From NCBI GenBank assembly GCA_963836075.1, contig CAWIIB010000009.1, forward strand, positions 672,001 to 736,000: a stretch of DNA of 64,000 nt, given 5' to 3'. A program made the translations under genes and the position numbers. The notes under the pieces are model-generated. The model had not been told where the DNA came from and did no database searches. It saw only the letters and a list, made by a program, of their open reading frames with translations. The stretch's first letter is position 1, and each line of letters begins with the position of its first letter. Source of the stretch: an uncultured Acidobacteriota bacterium (GTDB lineage Bacteria; Acidobacteriota; JAQAZP01). Below are positions 26,327 through 35,732 of the stretch, in pieces.

Positions 26327-28942
26327 ATGTTCAAGAGGAGTCCGGCCCGTACCGCCAGTTCACACTTCATACTCTATCCGGCATTCATACTGCTTGCCGG
26401 CCTGTTCATCATCGGCACGGCCACACCGGCCCTGGCCGGCTACCCTCCCGCAGCGTCGCACCCGCTCTTCGACGGTGATGCCGTCCACGAAATCCACCTG
26501 ACTTTCAGCCAGTCCAACTGGTGGACCCTGCTCGAGGACAACTTCGAGGGCCTGGAGGATCCTCTCTATCTCGAAGCCGACTTCGACTGGGATGGCCTTC
26601 ACCTGGACGACATCGGTGTCCGCTTCAAGGGCAGCAGCAGCTACTACAGCAACCCCACCGACAAGAAGTCGTTCAAACTGGACATCGACGAGTTCGTGGC
26701 CGGCCAGGAGATCTACGGTCTGGACAAGCTGAACCTGAACTGCAACTGGCTCGACCCCAGCGGTGTCCGGGAAAAGTGCATGTACGAACTGGGCTACGCC
26801 GCCGGGCTGCCCACCGAGCGGACCAACTATGCCGCACTCTACATCAACGGTGACTACTGGGGGCTCTACACCATCGTTGAACAGTTCGACGGAGAGTTCA
26901 TCGACAGCCGCTTCGGGTCCGCCCAGGAAGACGGCAACCTCTGGAAGGGGGATGACTACGGCACGCTGGAGTATCTCGGCACGGACCAGACCTCCTACTA
27001 TGGCGACTACGAGCTGAAGACCAATGAGACGGCAAACGACTGGTCGGCCCTGATCGAGCTGACCGACGGCCTGAACAACACGGCCATCGGCGATCTCCCC
27101 GGCGTGATGCACGACCTGATCGACGTGAACTCCGCCCTGGCCCTCATCGCGGTGGACAACCTCTGCGTGAACCTCGACACCTACATCGGCCGCTGTGCCA
27201 ACTACTACCTCTACCACCGGGACCTGGACAGCCGTTTCGTCTTCGCCAACTGGGACCTCAACGAATCGTTCGGCGTCTTCAACATGTACGGGCTGTCGAT
27301 CACTCAGCTGAAGCAGTTGAGCCCCTACTGGACCAACCCGCAGGGGGGCGAGGAACGACCGCTGGCCGAACGGCTCTGGCAGATCCAGGCCTACGATGAC
27401 ATCTATATCGGGCACCTGCAAAAGCTGATGGCCGGCGCCGCCGAACCGGACACCCTGATCGCCCGAATGGAGGAGCTGCGCACCCTGATCCAGCCCCATG
27501 TCTATGCTGAAGTGTCCCCGCGACGGATCTTCACCCCCACCCAGTTCGACAACGCCATGAGCACCGACCAAACCTACGGTTCGGGGGGCCGCCCCCGGCC
27601 CATCCCCGGGCTGGAACCTTTCATCCGTGACCGTGACACCTGGCTCCGAGGCCAGATCGGCACCTGGACGCCGCTTGACGGCCTGGTGATCAACGAACTG
27701 ATGGCCAGCAATTCCAGCACCATGGCTGACGAACATGGCGACTTCGACGACTGGATCGAGATCTACAACGGCGGCACGGAGACCATCGCCCTCACCGGCA
27801 TGAGCCTCACCGACGACTTGAGCGTTCCGGACGCCTATGTCTTCCCCTCGACGTTCCCCGCCACCACCATCGCCCCCGGTGAATACATCATCGTCTGGGC
27901 CGACGACGAGCCGGAAGAAGGGGATTATCACGCCGGGTTCAAACTCAGTGCCGACGGCGAACCCCTCTACCTGCTGGACGGCGGGGTGATCGTCGACGAC
28001 ACCACCTGGCAGCCGCTGGGCCCGGACGTGAGCTGGGGCCGGTGGCCCAACGGCACCGGCGGGTTCAAGACGCTGGGCACGGCCACCCCGGGCGCGGAGA
28101 ACGACGACTCCACCACGCCGGAAGAGGTTGTCCTGTTCATCAACGAGTTCATGGCCGACAACACCAGTTTCATCGAGGACCCGGACGAACCGGGCACCTT
28201 CCCCGACTGGGTGGAGATCTACAACCCCGGCCCGGTGGATGTGGAAATGGAAGGCCTGTTCCTCACCGATGACCTGACCCAGACCACCCAGTGGGCTTTC
28301 CCTGAACTGACCCTTGGCGTCGGCGAGTTTCTGGTACTGTGGTGCGATGATGACGAGGGCGACGGCCCGCTGCACACCAATTTCAAACTGGGCGCCAGTG
28401 GCGAAGAGATCGGCCTGTATGGCCGCATCGCGGCGGGCAACGAACTGATCGACTCCTACACCTTTGGCCAGCAAAACGAAGACGAAAGCGAGGGGCGGGA
28501 GACCGACGGTGCGGCGACCTGGGTCTTCTTCAGCTCACCCACTCCAGGTTCGAGCAACGGAACGGGGGCGTCTTCAACGGTGGCCGCCGAATTGACCTGC
28601 ACACCTTCAGCAGGCACGGTTCCTTTCAGCACCCAGATGGCCGTTACCCTGACCAATCTCTACACCGGCCAGACCCGCCGCATGGCCGGACGGGTCAACG
28701 TAACGATTGCCAGCGGCAACTCCTATACCAGCTGGCGTGCCGGATACACCAACCTCTCGCCCGGTGAGAGCTATGTCACAAACTGGTACCAGACCATTCC
28801 GGCGCTGGGTTCAGTGGTGGGCGACAACCTGTTCAGCCTGGTGGCGGAGGACGTGACTCCGGCCCCGTATAACCAGCCGCCCTACCCCGCGGCAGGCGAC
28901 ACGGCCACGGACGCCTGTATCGTGACCGGCATCGCCCCTTAA
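26327..28942 (+). CDS. Secreted CotH-kinase-family protein with two lamin-tail domains and a C-terminal beta domain
   Basis: GVRFKGSSS, KKSFKLD, YWGLYTIVEQ, NYYLY, WDLNESFG; two 'INE(L/F)MA.N...DW(I/V)EIYN' LTD domains. Confidence 0.9.
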   Translation: MFKRSPARTASSHFILYPAFILLAGLFIIGTATPALAGYPPAASHPLFDGDAVHEIHLTFSQSNWWTLLEDNFEGLEDPLYLEADFDWDGLHLDDIGVRFKGSSSYYSNPTDKKSFKLDIDEFVAGQEIYGLDKLNLNCNWLDPSGVREKCMYELGYAAGLPTERTNYAALYINGDYWGLYTIVEQFDGEFIDSRFGSAQEDGNLWKGDDYGTLEYLGTDQTSYYGDYELKTNETANDWSALIELTDGLNNTAIGDLPGVMHDLIDVNSALALIAVDNLCVNLDTYIGRCANYYLYHRDLDSRFVFANWDLNESFGVFNMYGLSITQLKQLSPYWTNPQGGEERPLAERLWQIQAYDDIYIGHLQKLMAGAAEPDTLIARMEELRTLIQPHVYAEVSPRRIFTPTQFDNAMSTDQTYGSGGRPRPIPGLEPFIRDRDTWLRGQIGTWTPLDGLVINELMASNSSTMADEHGDFDDWIEIYNGGTETIALTGMSLTDDLSVPDAYVFPSTFPATTIAPGEYIIVWADDEPEEGDYHAGFKLSADGEPLYLLDGGVIVDDTTWQPLGPDVSWGRWPNGTGGFKTLGTATPGAENDDSTTPEEVVLFINEFMADNTSFIEDPDEPGTFPDWVEIYNPGPVDVEMEGLFLTDDLTQTTQWAFPELTLGVGEFLVLWCDDDEGDGPLHTNFKLGASGEEIGLYGRIAAGNELIDSYTFGQQNEDESEGRETDGAATWVFFSSPTPGSSNGTGASSTVAAELTCTPSAGTVPFSTQMAVTLTNLYTGQTRRMAGRVNVTIASGNSYTSWRAGYTNLSPGESYVTNWYQTIPALGSVVGDNLFSLVAEDVTPAPYNQPPYPAAGDTATDACIVTGIAP

Positions 28943-29080
28943 CCCTGGTTTCATTTCGGCCGCCCGGTGAGCTGTGGCTACCGGGCGGCCGTCATTCCAG
29001 GTCATTGCGAGGTGACTTATAATCGCCCGTATCGCAGAAGCATTGACCAATCACACCAGCCAATCGGGCTGGTTTTCATT

Positions 29081-29135
29081 TTGACAACTTTGTCATCCAG
29101 GCTGAGGGGGTCTGTTCATCCTGGGCTCGTATCCT
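29081..29135 (+). promoter_or_regulatory. Regulon promoter P4
   Basis: TTGACA-ACTT-TGTCAT, N18, TTCA (29115), N11, TATCCT (29130). Confidence 0.75.
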
Positions 29136-29180
29136 ATTGATGAGAGTAAGAAACAGATACATCCACAAAAGGAGACCGTC

Positions 29181-29732
29181 ATGAACAACCTCATCAATTC
29201 AGCGATTCTCAGTGCGATCGTGGCACTGCTCCTGCTCCTGGCGGGAAGCAGCGAACTGTATGCCCAGGGCCGCGGCCAGCCCGACGGACCGGGCAGAGGG
29301 ATGCGCCAACCCCCCAGCGTGGACCAGGTCTTCGCCAGGGAAGACGAGGACGGCGACGGCCTGATCAGCCAGGACGAGTTCGGCGGACCGGCCGAGCACT
29401 TCTCCCTCTTCGACACCGACCGCGACGGATACCTGACCCGGGAGGAAGTGACCGCCTCGCTGAAGAACCCTCCCCCGCGCAATGGCGGTGGCGGGCAGGG
29501 CCGCGGCAACGACCCGCGGTCACGGCAGAGTGGCCCCCCCAAGTCGGACTTCACACAGATGGACACAGATGGCGACGGGGTGCTCAGCGCCGAAGAGTTC
29601 ATCGGCCCAGAGGATCTCTTTTCCCTGATCGACGCCGACCAGGACGGTGCGCTCACCGAAGAGGAACTCGACAACGCCCGGGACAGGATCCCTTCACCCG
29701 GGAACGGCAGCCCGCCCGGTCAGGCACGGTGA
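29181..29732 (+). CDS. Secreted EF-hand protein (4 EF loops)
   Basis: DEDGDGLISQDE, DTDRDGYLTREE, DTDGDGVLSAEE, DADQDGALTEEE; signal peptide. Confidence 0.9.
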   Translation: MNNLINSAILSAIVALLLLLAGSSELYAQGRGQPDGPGRGMRQPPSVDQVFAREDEDGDGLISQDEFGGPAEHFSLFDTDRDGYLTREEVTASLKNPPPRNGGGGQGRGNDPRSRQSGPPKSDFTQMDTDGDGVLSAEEFIGPEDLFSLIDADQDGALTEEELDNARDRIPSPGNGSPPGQAR

Positions 29733-29756
29733 TTCCCTGACCAACGAGGAGTAATC

Positions 29757-32060
29757 ATGAAAAGGAACACCATCACTCCGAAATCAGCTCTACCGGCTGC
29801 GCTGATCGTGCTGCTTCTCCTGGGCGGGAGTGTTCCCGCCCAGGCCCAGGACTCGCCAGTGGTGGACACCGGCCAACTGCTCTGCTACGACGAGCTTGAC
29901 GAAATCACCTGCCCGGCCGAGGGGCAGGCCTTCTTCGGCCAGGACAGCCAGTATGACGGGAGCCAGCCGCTGTTCACCATCAGCGGTGACGGGCTGACCG
30001 TCCACGACCTGGTCACCGGCCTGACCTGGCAGCAGAGCCCGGACACCGACGGGGACGGCACCATCGAATATTCGGACAAGATGTCTTTCCAGGATGCCCA
30101 GAACCGGCCGGCGGCGCTCAACGCCATGAACTACGGCGGCTTCGACGACTGGCGCCTGCCGTCGATCAAGGAGCTCTACTCGCTGATCGATTTCAGCGGC
30201 GTGGACCCCAGCGGTTGGACCGGCAGCACGGCCGGGCTCATCCCCTTCATCGACACCGACTATTTCGGGTTCGAATACGGCGACGAAAGCTCGGGTGAGC
30301 GGATCATCGACTCCCAATACTGGTCGAGCAACGAGTATGTCGGCACCACCATGGGCGGCGACCATACCGTCTTCGGGGTCAACCTGGCCGACGGGAGGAT
30401 CAAGGGCTATGGCACCACACTCTTCGGCAGCGACAAGCTCTCCTTTGTCCAGTGCGTGAGGGGCAATCCCAGCTACGGCGTCAACGACTACACCGACAAC
30501 GGGGACGGCACGGTGACCGACAACGCCACCGGCCTGATGTGGACGCAGGACGACAGCGGCAGCGGCATGTTCTGGGAGGACGCCCTGAACTATGCCGAGA
30601 CCCTCGATTTCGCCGGGCACGAAGATTGGCGGCTGCCCAATGCCAAGGAACTGCAGCTGATCCTCGACTATACCCGTGCGCCCGGCGCCGCCGACCCCGG
30701 ATTCCGCGGCCCGGCCATCGATCAGGTCTTCAGTTGCACCGCGATCACCGACGAGGGGGGCGGTGTCAACTATCCGTTCTACTGGACCGGCACCACCCAT
30801 GCAAACTGGACCGATAACCCCGGCGGGTTCGGGGCCTATGTCTGCTTCGGTGAAGCGCTGGGATGGATGGAGCAGCCGCCCGGCTCCGGCAACTACGTCC
30901 TGATGGATGTCCACGGCGCCGGCTCCCAGCGCAGCGACCCGAAGGCCGGCGACCCCGACGACTGGCCTTACGGCCACGGCCCCCAGGGAGACGTGATCCG
31001 CATCTACAACTTCGTCCGTTGCGTGCGGGACGATGTGGATTTGACCGGCGCGTTTGTCCTCACCGGCCCCGGCCCGGGGTATGACAATTCCGCCCTGGTC
31101 CGGGCGTTTCCGCCGGAGCAGGACGCGGTGCACAGTTCCCAGTTCTTCGCCTATTCACCGGAGCACTACGGGGTCAACGTTACTTCCGGGGATGTGGACG
31201 GCGACCTGCTGGACGAAATCATCACTGGCGCCGGCCCGGGCGATATCTACGGGCCGCACGTGCGCGGTTTCCAGATTGACGGCTCGGCCATCGCCGGGCT
31301 CAGCTTCCTGGCGTACGGGACCAACAAATTCGGCGTGAATGTCGCCGCCGGGGACATTGACGGTGATGGCGACGACGAGATCATCACCGGCGCCGGCCCC
31401 GGCGCGGTCTTCGGCCCGCATGTCCGGGCCTTCAACTACGATGGGACTGGAAACCTTACATCGGTTTCGGGCGTGAACTACTTCGCCTACGGCACACCCA
31501 AGTGGGGTGTGAACGTTGCCGGCGGCGACATCGACGGCGACGGCTATGACGAGATCGTCACCGGTGCCGGCCCGGGCTCGGTCTACGGACCCCACGTCCG
31601 CGGCTGGAACGTGGATGGAGAAGCTGCGACCGCCATCAGTGCGGTGAGCTTCTTCGCCTACGGCACCAACAAGTTCGGGGTCAACGTAACCTGCGGCGAT
31701 CTGGACGGTGACGGCATCGACGAGATCGTCACCGGCGCCGGCCCGGGCAGTGTCTTCGGCGCGCACGTCCGGGGCTGGAACTATGACGGAACTGCGCTCG
31801 CGTCCATTTCAGCGATCAACTTCTTTGCCTGGCCCACTGACCAGGCACGGTACGGCGCGAAACTGTTTGCCGGAACCGACCTGGATGACGACGGAAGGGA
31901 CGAACTGGTGGTCGGCCCGGGACCCGACCCGGAAATGAGTTCACCGGTCAGGGTCTATCAATACGACGGATCGCAGGTCGACATGCTGCTTTCGTTCCAG
32001 GCCTACCCGGACGGATGGACCAGGGGTGTCAGCGTGGCCGCCGGGAAGTTTGGCGGGTGA
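29757..32060 (+). CDS. Secreted DUF1566 (Lcl) x2 protein with C-terminal FG-GAP-like repeat module
   Basis: VVDTGQ..CYD, TVHDLVTGLTWQ, DWRLPSIKELYSL, DNGDGTVTDNATGLMW, DWRLPNAKEL; repeats GVNV..GD.DGD..DEI.TGAGPG. Confidence 0.88.
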   Translation: MKRNTITPKSALPAALIVLLLLGGSVPAQAQDSPVVDTGQLLCYDELDEITCPAEGQAFFGQDSQYDGSQPLFTISGDGLTVHDLVTGLTWQQSPDTDGDGTIEYSDKMSFQDAQNRPAALNAMNYGGFDDWRLPSIKELYSLIDFSGVDPSGWTGSTAGLIPFIDTDYFGFEYGDESSGERIIDSQYWSSNEYVGTTMGGDHTVFGVNLADGRIKGYGTTLFGSDKLSFVQCVRGNPSYGVNDYTDNGDGTVTDNATGLMWTQDDSGSGMFWEDALNYAETLDFAGHEDWRLPNAKELQLILDYTRAPGAADPGFRGPAIDQVFSCTAITDEGGGVNYPFYWTGTTHANWTDNPGGFGAYVCFGEALGWMEQPPGSGNYVLMDVHGAGSQRSDPKAGDPDDWPYGHGPQGDVIRIYNFVRCVRDDVDLTGAFVLTGPGPGYDNSALVRAFPPEQDAVHSSQFFAYSPEHYGVNVTSGDVDGDLLDEIITGAGPGDIYGPHVRGFQIDGSAIAGLSFLAYGTNKFGVNVAAGDIDGDGDDEIITGAGPGAVFGPHVRAFNYDGTGNLTSVSGVNYFAYGTPKWGVNVAGGDIDGDGYDEIVTGAGPGSVYGPHVRGWNVDGEAATAISAVSFFAYGTNKFGVNVTCGDLDGDGIDEIVTGAGPGSVFGAHVRGWNYDGTALASISAINFFAWPTDQARYGAKLFAGTDLDDDGRDELVVGPGPDPEMSSPVRVYQYDGSQVDMLLSFQAYPDGWTRGVSVAAGKFGG

Positions 32061-32095
32061 GGGGCTTTAACTGAAAACCGATTCGGCCGTTGGTG

Positions 32096-35000
32096 CTATT
32101 CCCGCCACCGGGCCGCCTCGGCCGGTTTGCCCCATGCTTCGTAAAGTCTGACAAGACTCTGGAAATTATACCGCTGCAGCCTGGGGCGGTTCTTCCCGTA
32201 TTCGCGCACCAGTTCATGGGCGTTAAGTAGCAGGGACTCCGCCTCGGTGAATCGTCCACTACGTGTCAGGCACTCTGCCAGGGTTGTCTGGAATCCGGCG
32301 TAACCGGCAGGATTGTCCCGTTCTTCCAGGTTGTTCTGCATCGTGCGCAGGGCATCCCGCAATTCTGTCTCCGCTGATTGGAGATTTCCTCCTCGAAGAT
32401 GAGCCAGGCCGAGGATCATTTTCGCCTCCCCGGTGGCCCAGTAGTTCTCTCCTCGCGCCTCTTTCCAATACCTGATCTGATCCTGCCCGATTTGAACCGC
32501 TTCTTCCGTCGCTCCCAGATGAGCCAGTTCCGTACCGAGTCGCAGTTCCGCAAGTCGACAGCGATTGATCCCTGCCTCTCCCAGGGGGGTGCACGTTTCA
32601 GCAACCCGTCTGAACAGGGCGACCGCCTCCTGCCCCTGATCGCACCAGGCGAATCTGCGCCCAACGGGATAGAGCACATTTTCTGCGTACTCAAGTGACG
32701 CCTTTCCATGAGCTTCAATTACCAGTCTCTCTGCCTGCGCCAGGCGGCTGTTCGCCTCGACCTGCTTTCCCTGGGCGGCCAGTGCTCCGCAAAGAAAGAC
32801 CAGCGCCTGAACCTGATCATCAGCATTCGGCTCACTCATCCCCTCGTGCAATTCCACCGCCTCGAGAAGAACCGCCTCAGCTGCCGCCCACAAGCCTTCA
32901 TCGACAAGACTCTCGCCAAAGTCACGGAGGTCCTCGGCGATATCGACCTGCTCCCTGTCCGCCTGTTGCCGCATCGAGCGAACCTGGAGAAGGGTTTCCG
33001 CTTTTGCACCATCCAGATCGCCCGCCAGGGTGAGATAGCGCACCAATCCCAGGACGAGCGTCTCGGCATTGGGAGTGTTTCTGGACTCGAGAAGGGCCAC
33101 TGCCTGCCGCTGAACTTCGATGGCCCGGGGCAGATTCCCGGTCATCCGGCAGCCCCGGGCCAGAGTGTCCAGAAGCAGACTGGAGTCCTCCGGAGGCACC
33201 GCACGGATGGCCTTTTCTGCCACAGGGAGTGCCGCTTCAGGATCGCGAAGGTCGGGGGGCCAGCAGGTGAGCAGTTCCCAGGCGTATTCATTGAGCGCTT
33301 CGGGGCCGGCATCATCAGCTTCCGCACGACGTCGGAGATCAGCCAGATGGTCCCTGACATAGTCCCGGGCTTCACCGTGGCGTCCGGCGGCCCGCAGCCC
33401 TGCCAGCAGGTGTCCTTCCGCGTACATGGTCCAGGTGTTCGACTCGCCATGCGTCTCCAGGCAGGCGTCGTAAATTTCACGGTAGAGCCGAAGTGCCTCG
33501 TCCGTCTTCCCCCGCCGCAACAGCAGGTCCGCCAGGTCCCGGGAGAGGACCCAACTGCTGGGCGAAGCGTTCCCCTCGTTTTTCTTGAACACGCGGAGCG
33601 CCCGTCGCCAGAGGTCTTCCTTCTCGTCAAACTCCTTCGAGCGCTGTAGGCTGCGGCCGAGGCCCATCATGGCGAAGGCGGTTGACGGGTGATCGGGTCC
33701 GAGCACTCGCTCGATGTTCTCCAGGGAGGCTTTCCAGCTGTTTTTCCCCGGCCTCGTATTCTCTCTGGAAATTCAGCGCCCAGCCGAGGGTCGTTTCGGC
33801 ATACAACGCCAGCGCATCATCGGAGCTGAAGTGCCGCCGGGTGATCTCGAGGGCTTCGCGGGTCAGCTCTTCGGCCTCCTTACCGCGGTTACCCCACATG
33901 TGCCAGTGGGCCCACTCCAGAAGGGTGAACACCACGTCCCGGTGCTTGTTGCCCAGAACCCGGCGCTGCTTCTCCAGGGTGTCGCGAAACACATCGGTTG
34001 CCGAAGAGAATTTCCCCTCATTGTCCAGCAGCGAGGTGCTGCGGTCCACGGTCAGGGTTTGGGCCAGAAAGGTGGTGGCGGAAAGGGTGTTCGGGTGCTC
34101 CGGCCCGTAGATCCGCTCGAAACCGTTCCGCGCCGCCTTGACCATTTTCGCATCCATCAGCAGGTATCCGAGCTGTAGCTCGGAGCGCAACCGGTCGGGA
34201 TGATCCTCGGGGAGGATGCCGGCCCGGATCTCAACCGCCCGTTCCAGGTGCGGTCTCGCATCCTCCAGATGTCCGAGCCCGGCCAGGGTGATCCCGATGG
34301 TCTCCCGCGCTTCCGCCTCCAGCCCAGGCTTCCCCCGGAATGTTTCTTCGAGCCTTTCGCCACCCCGTTTCAGCATCTCCACCACCGAAACGTTGCGGTC
34401 GAACACGCCCTTGGTGGTGCCGGTGACGGCCTCCTCGGGGGCGAAGGCGGAGTGGAGGCGCAGTTGCTGGGGATCCACCGAGCCGAGCATGTCGGAAAAG
34501 AAACTGTTGATCGCCCTTGCCGACTCCGCCTCGGCCCGGGCCACGGCCCGCTCCCTCGAGGCCTGGGTAAAACCGATCATGGAGAGCACCATCCCGGCGA
34601 ACAGGGCCAGCCCCACAACAGTGGCCACTCCCACCGCGGCCCGGTGGCGTCCGACGAACTTGCGCGCCCGGTAGATGGCGCTGGGCGGGCTGGCCAGCAC
34701 CGGCTCCCCGTTGAGATAGCGCCGCACGTCGAACATCATGCCGTTGGCCGTCTCGTAGCGCCGGGTGCGGTCCTTCTCCAGGGCCTTCATCACGATGCAG
34801 TCGAGATCACCTTTGAGATGCTTCCGCAGCCCCTCCCGGTCGGTCTGCTGGTGCTCGGCGGTGCTGGTGGCATCCCGGCCCAGGGTCTGGATGCGGGTCG
34901 ATGGTTTGTGCGGGCTTTCCTCCCGGATCAGTTTCTGGATGTCCGCATGGGACAGGCTCTTCAGCCGCTGGACATCGAAGGGCGTGGTCCCGGTGAGCAG

Positions 35001-35732
35001 TTCGTAGAGCAGAACGCCGAGGGAATAGATGTCGGTGCGTGCATCCACGTCCAGACCCGACATCTCCGCCTGCTCCGGGCTCATGTAGACCGGCGTGCCC
35101 ATGAACTGGTGATACTCGGTGAACAGGGTCTTCTCGGTCAGCCGCTGGTGCAGCGCCTTGGCGATGCCGAAATCGATGACCTTGGGCACCGGCACCCCGT
35201 CGTGCAGGGTGACCAGCACGTTGGACGGCTTGAGGTCGCGGTGGATGATCCCCTTGTGATGGGCATGCTGAATGGCCTGGCAGATCCTGGTGAAGAGCTC
35301 CAGACGGTCAGTGGTGGAGAGTTTGTTCTTTTCACAGTAATCGGTGACCGGGACACCCCGGACCAGTTCCATGACGAAGTACGGCCGGCCGGTCTCCGTG
35401 GCACCGGCATCCAGCACCCGGGCGATGTTGGGGTGGTCCATCAGGGCCAGCGCCTGGCGCTCGGCCTCGAAGCGGGCGATCACCTGTTTGGTGTCCATGC
35501 CCAGCTTGATGATCTTCAGCGCCACCTTGCGGCGCACCGGTTCCTGCTGCTCGGCCATGTACACCGTGCCGAACCCGCCCTCGCCGATCAGCTGCAGGAT
35601 CTTGTAGCGGCCGATCCGGTCCCCCGGGCTGTCGGTGGAGGAGGAACAGTCCACAGTGGGCGCCGCATCGGGCCAGGACTGGTTTGCCCGTTCGCTGCCC
35701 TGGTCATTGCGGCTGTCGTTTGTTCGGTTCAT
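32096..35732 (-). pseudogene. Ser/Thr protein kinase - TM - TPR protein, split by a +1 frameshift at ~33734
   Basis: [27 protein letters not shown]; removing one G in CAGCTG-G-AAAGCC gives ...[18 protein letters not shown] and joins the two ORFs. Confidence 0.82.
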
